Source of the DNA: Iphione sp. A-MEVVRFRX5
Lineage: Eukaryota
DNA: 64,000 nucleotides
NCBI GenBank assembly: GCA_976226885.1
Contig: OZ320314.1
Coordinates: 100,688,001-100,752,000 of the forward strand
Direction: 5' to 3'
In this document: piece by piece, positions 51,532 to 63,932 of the stretch
How positions within the stretch are numbered: position 1 is the stretch's first letter
Layout of the letters: each line of letters begins with the position of its first letter
Notes under the pieces: generated by a model
Told to the model about the DNA's origin: nothing
Database searches by the model: none
What the model saw: only the letters and a program-made list of their open reading frames with translations
Made by a program: the position numbers and the translations under genes

Positions 51532-52090
51532 ACCCATATATCTATACAAAATACACAACCATTTAAGTTTATTTTTAACAACAGCATTACATTTTTGTCA
51601 TTATTATTATTTAACTTTATTATATCAAGCATTATGAAATCACTCTTTTGAAACTCTCAACATACAAGCTGTTACAATTATCACCAAGATTATGTAGAAT
51701 TAGCTACTTTGAAAGCTTAAATGATTATTTTACATAGAAGGACAAAACGGTGTATCGATGAGGCTTTCAGAATAGATGTGTAGTTTCCTGTTCCGAAGAT
51801 GAATCACAAATTATGAGAAGTGTTAGGTATTAGATACCTGTGGGGATACGAGCAACGGTATTGTACCCAGCCCCTCCCAGTGTATTCCACGGCATACTAG
51901 TCTACGTGAATGATGAACACCTATTAGATTCCCCTTTCTCAAACTGCATTTATCCTCCTACAGGTCTTCTCATCATTACGCATGATAGATGACTGGTACC
52001 GACCGCTTGTTGCAACTGGGATTCTTGGGTTACTTGCGAGTTTTACACTTCTGCATACATCACAGTTTGTGACCTGTCTTCTCTGACTGC

Positions 52091-52092
<2 letters not shown>

Positions 52093-52142
<50 letters not shown>
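52093..52142 (+). repeat. (CT)25 microsatellite
   Basis: Perfect dinucleotide run. Confidence 0.98.
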
Positions 52143-52147
<5 letters not shown>

Positions 52148-54152
52148 CCTCTGTCCCTGGTAGCCTCTCACTACCCTATATATGTACCATCCTAATCCTC
52201 CACGCATGAATCCTGTGTTTCTGTGACTTCCCATTACAGCCTCCATGATTCTTTCTGCTCTTCAGGTTTTTCTCCAAGTCTTACAAATTAACCATATGTG
52301 TGATCTCATCATTTGTTTCAGGTGAGTTTGAACGTTTCTGCTTATATCTGATCGACACATCAAGCTGAAGCTGATAGGTACGAACATTATACCAATTTGG
52401 TTTTCGCTTTGAGATCTGAGGAATTATCACCCCATACGCGAGTGTCTTCTCGTCCTTTCTATCAAATATATTATGTTTGTATTAGGAAACGTTTTCTTTT
52501 ATTGTCCTGCCCTACCTACCTTTGTCAGTCCTTCCCGCTTCATTTTCATCCATTACTGTTAATATCTCACTATTTTCCTTTTTATCTCTGTGCTTTATCC
52601 TTCATTACTTATCCGCGTAGTGTCTCCGGTTTCGTTTCTTTCTCTCTATTCTTCCCATATGCTCCCCCTTTCCGCTTTTTATGCTGTTTCCCTCTGTAGT
52701 CTGCCAACTTTGGAAGCACCTATTCAGCTCTCAGTGGATACGCACATCGATGATTGTGTGTGTATGTGTGTGTGATCATGAAGCAGTCGGTCCCAACCGA
52801 CACAGGTCGTCTAACCCTCCTATTAGTCTCCGTAAGATGGATGGTTTCAATGAATTATGGGACCCTTTTATACCTCCTTCTCTGTCTGGTTCAACTCATC
52901 AGTTTGATAAAGTATCTACGCGAGTCCCTTATTCAACAGAACCAATGAGGGGGAAGGCTGGAGGGGATGGCCTGCCAGGGACCATCTGTTTAATCATAGA
53001 AACTATTCAAAGGCACTTCCATGGTAATAGAGTAAAGTCTCGCTAGTCCAATACGCAAGCATTGGTTCACGGTGGAGGCAATATGTGATGAAGGTTCAGA
53101 GGGCAAGTAATTAGAGCTTCAAGTTGCTAGTAAACTTTTCAGCTTTGTTATAATTTGCTTTATTTCCATGATATTTATAAGTCAAGGAAGTATTGAAATT
53201 TCCTTTAATCAATGTATTGTTTACGATGTATTGTAAAGCTTGAAGTAGTGCTAAAGTTGGAACTGAAAAGCCGAGAACATCTTACTTTTCAGTTTAAACA
53301 GTCATCACAAAACAAGTTTAGCATGAAAGCTGCTCTAGATAAATTGTCTGAACTTACGTCCTAGTTTAGTGTTGCAAATCCTATCTTGTTTTTCCTACAC
53401 TTTGTAGTCTTAGATGTATTGAACGAACTAAAAACAATATGCCCCGGAAACGTTCTGCTTCAAACGCAAACACACATGAAATTTTCCACATAATTTAATG
53501 CAAAATCTCAAACATAGATACATATTGGCTTCATGTGTATCAACAATAATCAATATTACAGAAATGAGACCAATCGTGACCGGGACATCACAGAGTAAAA
53601 CAAGACTTTCATGATTCATAACCACATTTAGTATTCCAAACTGGGCCTCAACTTTCGACATCTGAAAATGCAAAATTTGTGGCCTAAACTACGCATAGAT
53701 TTTTTTTTTTTTTTTTTTTTTTTTATGTCTTTATTTACCCTGATAATTATATACAATTGAAGTACGTTTTCTCAGGTCTGTTTCGGATTCTGACATTTCA
53801 TCTATATACAGTATATACAAAAAGGATGTCATTAATCTATATGTACAGTATAATGTAATGCAAATGTGTGAAGATATAGGATGAGTAATCCAACTTCCAG
53901 ACTTTGCCCAGGACAGTTGGAGTGGACAAGTACCGAGTATACGCGTTCACATCAGTGAATTTACCCTAGATATCAGATATTTTTACTGCACAAGCCAATA
54001 TTGTCTTAAGTTACAACTCGAAACGGGAATGTTTGTTAAAGGGTGGCACTATAAGTATGTAGGTGAGACAGAATCGCCCTCACCAAGTAGGTTGAGACAA
54101 GTCGCCCTCATTCCTACACCTATTTCTTCTATATATGCTTGGTCGTCCCAAT

Positions 54153-55388
54153 TCATTCCAGCTTTTTGGAGATTGCTCTTACAAATAATTTCTTCGGCAG
54201 CGCCATAAGCTTTGCAGGTAGTTTGTTCCACATAATTCCACCTGTATATGCAATACTCCTTTTATACGCTTCGTAGTATGGCTTAGTGAGGTTGAAGGTT
54301 GGTTTCACATTTGCTCGGGTTCTACCATCTCCAGCAGAGTTTGTTTGCCCATGTTGGTGTCGTGTGTACATTAGAGACAGCATTTTCACATCACGAATGG
54401 ATGTGAGTTGCTTTACCGCACTCCTTCTTCTCGCTTCTGCAGAGCTGATTCCTTTTGCGTAAATTGCTCTTATTACTCTATTATACAATTTCTCCAGCCT
54501 TTGAAAATTATAAGAGCGATTGTCTGCCAATAAAAGTAGACCATATTCTAGTATTGGTAAGATTGTCGCCTTCACCAGTAACCTCCTGTCATCGATACGC
54601 AGAATTTTCTTGATTTTCCTAAAGTAGATCAGCTTCCTGTTGACTCGGCGTATTATCTCGGTAGTCTGTTGTTCATAGTTCAGACTAGAGTCTACATGGA
54701 CACCTAGATATTTATACACGTTCACACACTTTAACGTCTCGTTATTGAATAATATTGGTGGGGTATCTCTTGGTGGTAGTCTGTACCTGTACCACATGAC
54801 ACGGGTTTTGTCCTGGTTTATGCATATTTTGTTTGATACAGTCCATCGGTGTAATGCATTTACGTCTTCTTGTATTCGTTTCTTCGCTGTTTCCTGATCA
54901 TCTCCTACACAACTGATCACTAGGTCGTCAGCATACAATATTGTCATACTCCATCGGCAGATTGATGCAATTGGGTCTATGAAAACTAGAAAGAGTAGAG
55001 GACCCAAGATGGAGCCCTGGGGAACCCCGCAGGTGATTTTCCTTTTTTCCGATAACACACCATTCGCTTTGGTCGATTGAGTACGGTTGCTTAGGTAATT
55101 TCTAAACCAGCCTAGGTTATTTACCACTCCCAGATTGTGGAGCCTCTCTAGTATAACATTATGGTTGATGGAGTCAAACGCCTTCTTGAAGTCGAAATAA
55201 ACGCTAACTCTCTTCTTTTTTGCATTCAGGGCAGAATGGACGTAGTCTGTTAGACTGCTAATAGCCAGCTCCGTTGACATGCTTTTCCGGAATCCATATT
55301 GGGTAGCACTGAGACTCTTAGTATTCTCCAGGTATTCATATAGTCTTGTGTGTACTAGTCTCTCTAGGATCTTCCCTGGCAGTGGAAG
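54153..55388 (-). pseudogene. RT portion of LINE-B ORF2 (N-terminal part deleted)
   Basis: The frame opens directly after the TGA ending the endonuclease: LPLPGKILERLV, QYGFR, FDFKKAFD, GVPQGSILGP, YADD, KYLG, WNKLP. Confidence 0.95.
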
Positions 55389-56069
55389 TCACTCCTTCAG
55401 AGTCACTCCAACCACATAATGATCGCTTAAATATTCCTTCAGCAAGATTCGATTGTGTACATGCATATCATTTGTTATTACCAAGTCAATGACACTTTCC
55501 GACGTCGCGGTGACTCTGGTGGGGCACATTATCAGTTGTTGCATGCCAATGCCTGCTACCCAGTCATGTAGTATACGCGCATTTGTGTTTCTCTTCACCC
55601 AGTCAACATTAAGATCCCCAATTATATAACATTTCTTGTCCAATCCGATTGAGTCCAGGTCATTTTCCAGGGTGGACAGTGCATTAGAGAGGTTACCAGT
55701 GGGCGGGCGGTAGACAGCACATAACCGCAGCGTTGATCCCGTGCATGTTGTTATTTTTACCCAGAGGCGTTCAACATTTCTGTTGCATGCTGATAAGCGT
55801 ACTAGCTCATTTACAAGGATGCCTTTATTGGCCTTAGCCAGTATCATAACTCCTCCACCCTTCCCTTTACAGCCACCTTCAGGGTCGCGATCGAGTCTTG
55901 TTATGTCATAGCCACTTACTGTGATCGCAGCATCTGGGATAGCGGATGATAGCCAGGTTTCAGTAATTAACAATACGTCAGGTTTTTCCCTCGCTAGGAA
56001 TAATTTAATTTCATCGTGTTTAGGCAGCATGCTTCTGGCGTTCATGTGCAGAATCTTAAATTCATTCAT
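55389..56069 (-). pseudogene. APE endonuclease portion of LINE-B ORF2
   Basis: MNARS, TETWL, YRPP, GDLNVD, PTR, IDL, SDH. Ends at a TGA at the deletion junction. Confidence 0.95.
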
Positions 56070-56761
56070 GATTGATGCGTGAATTAGTATGTTTGATATG
56101 TGGTGTATTTGGTGGAAGTATGTGATCAGGATAATATACAGTTATATACACGTAGTATTACCGTGGTGTTTGCTATTACACACCGAGTAACAATAGGTAG
56201 TAAGTAATATATGACAAACACTGAACATGGTAGTGCAATTCGACATAAATTTCGTTTAGTGCAGCACAACGAGAGAGCAGTTAATGTATTGACAACAAAT
56301 TGGTGATGTGAGTTAGGGCAAGCAATAACATCATGCATAGCGTATTCACTTATCTGTATCAGCTGTAGATAGATCTCAACTGCTCTTGTAGTGTTGTTAC
56401 CTGCAGGGCGTGGTCACGTTTCAGTCAATAATTTGAGTGCATACCATCAGCATAACCACGGCCAGACAACAGCCCGGGCCGTGGATAGCCAATGCCATAC
56501 AGTCAGTTGTCCAGTACACAGGGCCTAGTGATTGGATCAGACAATAGCCCCGATCCACATTGCTGCGCTGCCACGGTCGATGTGTAGCAGATATATATAT
56601 CGGCACGACGATGCACAGCGCGTTATATGGGGCGATTCTTATAGTCCGTTATGTTCTGGGTCACAATCGGATAGTATCCCAGTGGTATCTCTTATGTTTC
56701 TAATATGTATCCTTGTAAATGCACGTTTCCTGAACATCAACGTATCCTGTACATCAATGCC

Positions 56762-57409
56762 TTATTCGTTGTTAGTCACCCATATGCGTATCTTCTCCGC
56801 TAACTCCGTAGTACATTCTCTTCTCAGATGTAAGCCGTCATATAACTTTCCATACCGATAGCGAGGTTTGCCTCGGTGTCTTGAATAGATGATGCGGGCC
56901 GCCCAGATACTCCTTTCACCATTGGCGACATTTAAAGCACCTATAAGACCATTTAGCTCCTTCACAAGTTCCTCCACTAACACTTGACATCTGTGGTATC
57001 GGACTGGATCCTTGTAGACACCATTTCAATGCATATTATACCTCAGCAGATGCATTCCAAATACTGTACCAAACACGATTCTCGATGATGGAAAAATGTT
57101 ACTTAGCTTCAGGTGTGTTGATTGCAGTTCACGCTTTAGTGATTGACGTCCTTTCGATAATCTGCTGTATCGTGGAATGGCCCAACGCTCATTTCCATGA
57201 TGTACGATCTTCGTGATATTATTAATCCCTGCCATCACCATAACAAACATGGGCATCAGGTTGTGCAAGTTTCTTGTGGCATAGGTAGCAATGGAATCAA
57301 GGGTGCCTCCCGGGATAAAATATACTCGTCCCGGTATGTTCTTCTCCATCAGGGCCCCCTGCAGATGTCTACCTCGACTATCCGTTAGATAAATGATATT
57401 ATCAGTCAT
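56762..57409 (-). pseudogene. Stand-alone SGNH-hydrolase (esterase) ORF, 215 codons with one premature TGA
   Basis: Track ORFs 57026-57409 and 56762-56983 share a frame, joined by 14 open codons after a single TGA. Motifs TDSRG (block I Ser), PGG (II), GINN (III), DGLH (V). Confidence 0.88.
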
Positions 57410-57438
57410 GATGTAGCGCTATTTCCCTAATGAGAGGT

Positions 57439-59241
57439 TCAACTTGTTTGCGGATTTTTCAACTGGTTCCTCAGATGAGTACGTAGCCGCATCAGGATCT
57501 TTCCAGAGGTGTTTGTTCCCGTGTATTTTCCTCTCTGCAATTCCTCCGAGTTTAGTAGGGCACCCGCGCCCCAGAAGTGATCGCTGGTAGCTTCGACCAG
57601 TGTCCGCTCACCCGTACCCACCAGTTCTTCACACATGATTGGGTTCTGTGTAAATTTGTGGAGAACTATGTCGCCCATTGTTTCTTCCTGCTTTCGTGTC
57701 CATTCGCCCGTGACTCGTATTTGTTTGGATAGTTTCTTCAGACCGTGTGATCCACATGCTTTTATTTTCCCCGCGAGTATATGGTCGCCTGAGTCAAGAG
57801 CCTTTATCCATTGATAGGCTTGTTCGGCGCTATGGAAATCTGTGTCATGCCATCTAATATTGCAAGTATACAGGTGTGAGAACATATGATCTGCACCAGA
57901 GTAAAACAATGTGTCGTCATGTTCCCTTTCTCTTGTTTTCATTAGGGACAATTCCCTCGGTAGTTCACCTAGTTCTTCGTGCCTATAGGTTTTGTCCTCG
58001 ATCTTGATCGATTCACCTTTCCGTTCTACCTTCAGTTTGTGTTCCTTTGCCAGCTTTGCCACTGCACGCAGGTCGGATTGTTTCTTTTTGTCATCGTTGG
58101 AGAGGTCATTGTTTATCCAGACCTCACTAAGGTTACGGTGGGTTTTTAACTTTCCCTTGTTCTTCATTATCTCTGCTTTCCTATCAAGGTCCCGGAATTT
58201 CACGAATATTCCGTTACATCCTGATCTATCCTTTTTGGTTGTACGCCTACAATCCTCAATATCACCTCTTCGTAGACGGACTCCCATGTTGTTTGCTATG
58301 TCAATTATTCTCTGCCTCAGGTCTTCGCCCGGTGCTTCGGGAAGCCCGTCTATGTATACATTATTTCTTCGCTGTAGCCTGAGCAGTCGCGTCATGTCCT
58401 GTTTCATGTCCGATATCTGGTGTTTCAGGTTCTCAACGAATGGCATTGGAGTCTCTTCAGTCTCATGTATAAATGCTCGCAGTCGGTCATTTTCCTCCTC
58501 GAGCATTTTTACCTTATTTTCCTATGACGAAAGTTTGTCCTGTGTCTTTTTAACATCTTCCTTAATTGTTTTTCGGTCCTTGTCCGCACTTTCCAGCTTC
58601 TGTTCAAGGGTCTTGAATTTTGACTTTATGCTCTTTCTAGTTTTTGCCCCTTGTGCCATGACTGTTCGTAGTACATCCTCCAGATTCAATGCCGATCCCT
58701 GCGCCAATATTTCTTCGTTGTCTGCATCAGAGTCTGTGTCCACTTCCTCCTTGCAGGGACTATTTGCCTTTCGCTTTTTTGGATCTGTGCGTTTTGGACG
58801 CATTGACAGCTTAGGTGTTTCTTCCTCATCGATTTCCTCCTCACACGTCTCCATCTCTTCGTCATCGGTTTGTTGTGGGGGTTTTGTACTCTCTGCTAGC
58901 ACGGTGGATGGTTGGGGGACCGTGTTGGTGACTTTAGTAGGCCCCGCATCTTCTTTCGAGGTGTTCTCTTTTTCATTCTCCTCCCTCTTTGAGATAATCG
59001 CTAGGCCCTCGGCTATTCCTACCGGTCTGGCTTTGATTTGTGGGGTTATTGGGCATGTTATTCCTCCTGGTAGTGAGTGTCTGCGTCCTTTGTCACTGTT
59101 TAGAAATTGTAGTAGGCGCGCTTGGTCAACTTCATGGTTGAGCAGTTCCTTTGTCGTGGTCCTTAACGTCTGTGACCTAGTTGCTCGTGCGGTTTGCTGT
59201 TTGACCTCGCTTGTATCCATTCTTCCATTTGAACGAGACAT
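57439..59241 (-). pseudogene. LINE ORF1: charged disordered N-terminus, coiled coil, L1-type RRM, C-terminal NADAR domain; one premature TAG
   Basis: Track ORFs 58522-59283 and 57439-58506 are in frame, with one TAG at 58522-58524 in the coiled coil (DKLSS*ENKVKMLEE). First ATG at 59241. RRNNVYIDGLPE...IFVKF...VWINNDL is the L1-type ORF1 RRM signature. NADAR occupies about 57469-57909. Confidence 0.88.
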
Positions 59242-62200
59242 ATTTTTAAAGATCTTAATCACCTTGTAGGGATAAGATTCCAACTGTGTGATTGCCGCCT
59301 TCAGGTCTTGGTAACTTATTCCGCTTGTCTCAGGGTTTTTGGTACCAGAACACTCGTTGTGCTGTTATATTTCCGCGTATTTTCCCGCTACCACACGTTT
59401 ACGTGTCTGCTACCTACGCCATGTTCTTCACCTGATAACACTCTATCCTCACCCAAAGGTGCTGCAGCCTAAGATAATCTATTAATAAGTGAGCACAGGG
59501 AAGAAACTAATTACAGATGGGTCAATTACGCAACGTAGCCACTGTCTCCCAATTTTCCATAATGTGTTCAAGATGCGTCTATTTAACAGAACATTTTGAA
59601 AACCTAATCCACAACTAAGAGAGTACATTATTCCATTTAAATACCGTAACCGACAGTGATTTAATGCATCGTGCAGTGGTTATTAAGCGGGCTCCAGAGA
59701 AAGGGAGAAAACACATTATTGGCCTGGGATGAGGCTGCAATGCCCTCCAGAATGCTGTGAAAGCCTGGCGAAGCACACTGTAGGGTTATCTAGAGGCAGA
59801 TCGACTTGGAAGCAAGCAAGACCGGCTACAAATGGGACAGAAAGAACAGCCTCCCCTCAAAAAGCCGCAAGATTTGCTTCTTCCCTGGAGGCTGGCCAAA
59901 TGCCTGCGATTCGGAGACGCACATAATTGGCTGTGTCACCTCTGGAGTGCAGATAATAGACACAGGGTGGAATCTTCAAGAACCGAAAGGGAACCGAATG
60001 AAAGCCGGTGAGACGGGAGCGGGTGGAATGTTGGGGAGGCTGGAGGATGGGTTTGTATTGAGAGGTGGGGGTGGGTGAGTGTGTGGGAGAATCAGAAAGT
60101 TGGAGGGAGGAACCTCCATCAATAAAGAGAGACAGACAGACAGAGACAGATACAGAGGCAGAGAGCTGAATAATTCTCTGAACTGGACGAGCTGACAGGT
60201 AGGATGGTGGCTCTGTGGGAGACTCGGAGGGTCGGCGGGGGAGTCGAGAATCCGTGTATATGAGAGGGTGAGTGGGATGGGGGTGATGTGCAAGCTTGCT
60301 CGGTTGACTTAGTAGTAGCTGGAGATAACAGCGACATAACCTGATGGGTGGTTGTGGTACAGATTCCGCAACGGTTTGGAACGAGAGAATAACTCGCTGG
60401 CAGCTAACTTGTGATTGGCTGCCGCATGCATGAGTTAACGGAGTGATGTGTAAGTGATTATGGTTGGTTGAATTTAATACCTGAAAACTGATGAACTAAG
60501 AAAACATAGCTGAACCGGACTGTGGACGATATTTCGTTGGTAGTAAAGAGTTTATGAATCACACGAATGACATGTAAATTAGTTTACCTCAAATATATAC
60601 TACTTCCTTTATAATAAGACAGTGGAAGGCTGGTTTCCGACTACCAATTCATTCTGAGCTCAAGTGGTCACATTAGTGGTTTGGGTGTTAAATGGGTCAA
60701 AGCCTATTCCCAACTGAATAAATTGATAGACAAAAAGGCTGTTTTCGGACCAAAGTTGCATGAATGATGCCATTTTGGGGATGATCTTTTACAATTTTGT
60801 AGCTAGATTACCATGGATTCTATTGTATTAACCCACAGATGCATGGTATAAACCTTCCAAGACTGTCAGCATGAATATCCTAGTGATTGCGGGGACACCT
60901 GTGCCGGGTAGGCTGTACAAAGATACAAAAGAAATGACCCCTAAGATGTGTAGTTTCGGATGGTATGGGCACAAACCAATCTGTTGGGATAGTTGTATAT
61001 TGATACTCAGGTTCACAGAAGCAAATGTTTTAATTCTCAGTAGACATGGCATGAAAACATTGTTTTGCTAACGAGAGGGTTAGGTAGAAGAAGGCAGCTA
61101 TACATCATTCCTTGTTTTTAAAATCTAGCATTAAGGTTCAGGTGGGTATAGATTGCTTTAAAATTTAAGTCTTTTAGTGTTTTGAATGCATAATTAAAGA
61201 TAGCGCCGGGACAAATCTGTAGAGAAAACTACTGTTCAGCAACCATTTAACATTCATTTTATTTAACTGATGGAACCAGACATAAGGAAGGCGGGAAGAT
61301 GACGCCAATGTACAGAAAGCTCAGGGGTGTGAACAATAAGACTGTGATAATTACGATACAAATACCACCCTTGTATGATCCTGAAATACATTCCGGCAGT
61401 CCAAAGCCTGATATTTTCTAACTTGCCTCCTTTCGGGGTAGCATTTGCTCAGCAAGACTGTCGCCCCAAATCTCCAGATCAAGACCAAGGTGCAAACACC
61501 TTTTTTAGTCGGGAGCAGCGGCTACTGGACTTGGTGCAGCAATCGTATATAGACTATACAAGCAGTCGGCGGGCTTTGAAAGGTGGAGCTTGAGACTTAT
61601 TGGACTTGGCGGGCGGTGTGCCTTTGTTAGCTGGTACAGAGGCGGTCACAACTGGTCTGTGGGGAATGGCCAGGTCGGATGGACCGGCGGTTGTTTGTGA
61701 GATGGTTCCCCTTGGTCTGACTGTGTATTAGACAGGGAGGCTGGGCACGAATGGGTGTAAATCCCCATGTAATGGGGCAGTGGTGGACAGAGAGGAAAAA
61801 GGCATGATCCACTGACCCAAGGCCGAGTCCACACTCTACTTGCAGAAGTCATATATACTCGGCTCTCTCACCACAGTGGCTTTGTGCCGCCTCATTGTGC
61901 CTGTGAGAATATTGAGATTGCAACCGTTATTTCAAAGTGTGACGTGAAAACAGCATAAGGTTATACCTTGGGCATAAAAACAGCTAGAAGAAAGGGGGTA
62001 TGTTAAACGTACCCTTCCATTACCTGGAGACAGGGAAAATATAACGGATATTTGTAACGTGTTAAGCAGAATACATATCATTATATCATGTCCATTATAG
62101 CGATTTCGTTGATTTATAATGTATCAAAATATTGCCGTGGGCCTTGTAATTTCCAACATATAAATCCTGAGAAAATGAGATGCCAGATTATGAGCACACG

Positions 62201-63753
62201 GGAACCTACAGATAGGAGTTTATTCTTTACGAATTCAACAAAATGAAACTCATGGTGTTGAATATCAGAAGAATACACGGGGTTTCACGTCTCATTCCTG
62301 AAGTGTCCGCATATGATCATTATAAACCGAAGCACCGTATGTAGGAGACGGTTTCTGGTAAAAAACACACCTTTGTGAATGTTGCCTTACATCAGATCTT
62401 ATTGAGGTTTTGGTGGAAAGTTTCTAATCAGGACACCACTGGTTCGTCCCCAAAGTGTCCCTAATTAAGACTTATCCTTATTAGAGACTTCTTTTAATAT
62501 ATAACATATAGAATCAGTTCTGTCCCAAAGGGTCCCTGTTAGAGGTATTTCCTTTTGGTAACATGTCCCTATGGTGGCTTTCCCTTTACCTAAGACTTAT
62601 AACGAATGACTGCACAATGGTTAATGAGCCATACATTCGATTGTGTTTAGACGAATCTATTGGAAGGTCCTAAAGCAATATAGGAATTTCAGCTCGCATG
62701 TTAATTTTCAATTCAGGAACTACCCTTTTATCAAGTTCGCTCAAGAAGGACCATCTTTTTCTATACTCTTTAACCCTATATGCCAATCGAAACCATAATT
62801 CAGGTATTCTTCGCATTCCAAACTCGGCGACCATTTTCTTTAAACACCATTTTTCGATTCTCTCTTTCCTCTTGACAGCGAACTCGTTAAACACAAAGAC
62901 ATTTTGGTTTAATGCAGAATGCTAAAAGGAACAGAAAGCCGCTTTCATAGTATTGGGTGTTGTACTTGGGTAAGCACATTTAACAATACTTGCACATACA
63001 GGCCCAGATAACTAATAGCTAAGTAAGCTCGGAGGTGTTCTGACTATCAGACAGAGAGCTTCCAGAACGAAACTACGCTTGGAGAGTGAATGGTCTCTGC
63101 GGGGAGTGATTGGCTTCCAGCACCGGCAGCCTGGCAGCCACCTGCCCCACCTACCGGCGTTTGATGGAATTAGCCGCAACTGGGGGGTTACAAAAGGTCA
63201 GTCCATGATAGTCTCCCACCCCCTTTCCTCCCCCGTACGCCATGCACCCTCAACCCTATGCTCTATCCTGTGCCCCTAACCATTCCCATCCAACTCCAAG
63301 AATTACCCCCTTTTGACCACTGGGTCGTGCCACTAGGTTGGTGAGCATTTATCAGTTGACCCAAATACTGAGCCGCTCAAACTGTGATGGACATGTTCGG
63401 AAACTGGGCTGTTGTTGAATTGGCGTGAATTGCAGGCAATCGGTCACATACCAACCAACGTAAATAGGCAAGGATTTGGATGTGACAAATTGGCCGATTG
63501 GAGCCGCGGTTAATGGTCACTGATACGCTGCCTGATTGTTCCATGGGTCATTAGCTCGATTGTAAGGCCGCAATAAAGGGCGATTCGAATAAGGACTGGG
63601 ACCATGCCCCACGTACATTCCATATCAATAACCCTCTAATAGGAACAATACAAAATCACATCGAATACAACAGAAATCAAGCAAGGTTTCCACCATGATA
63701 TAGTCTATGGCATCGAGAATATAGTATGAAATGCAAAAACCAAAATAATACTA

Positions 63754-63932
63754 CAGTGGAGTCCCTATTTCTGACCAGTGGTTGGGTCCGAGCTCAAATG
63801 GTCGGAATTGCAAGAATGGTCAGAAATCAGTAATTGCTAATTATAGAGAACCATAGTTTAGTTCCCAGCTCAAATGGTTAGTATAGCCCGTTTGGTCTGA
63901 AATCGATGTGGTCGGAAATAGGGACTCTACTG
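63754..63932. mobile_element. 179-bp Tc1/mariner (pogo-like) MITE
   Basis: 24-bp TIRs CAGTGGAGTCCCTATTTCTGACCA and reverse-complemented CAGTAGAGTCCCTATTTCCGACCA (22/24). TA duplication at 63752-63753 and 63933-63934. Confidence 0.92.

Larger units (their letters stand above)
53700..59425 (-). mobile_element. LINE-B: near full-length three-ORF CR1-group LINE (ORF1-NADAR / esterase / APE-RT), recently inactivated
   Basis: 25-nt poly(A) tail at 53700-53724 preceded by AATAAA, 3' UTR, APE and RT segments, 692-nt spacer, esterase ORF, ORF1, about 180-nt 5' UTR beginning near AACATGGCG at 59417-59425. The 5' boundary is inferred. Confidence 0.92.

Noticed and set aside
57992-59269. 425-aa plus-strand ORF
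   Set aside because: Ser/Phe/Leu-rich antisense shadow of the Glu/Lys-rich LINE-B ORF1.
62670-62925. Overlapping 74-75-aa ORFs on both strands
   Set aside because: No motif or gene context.
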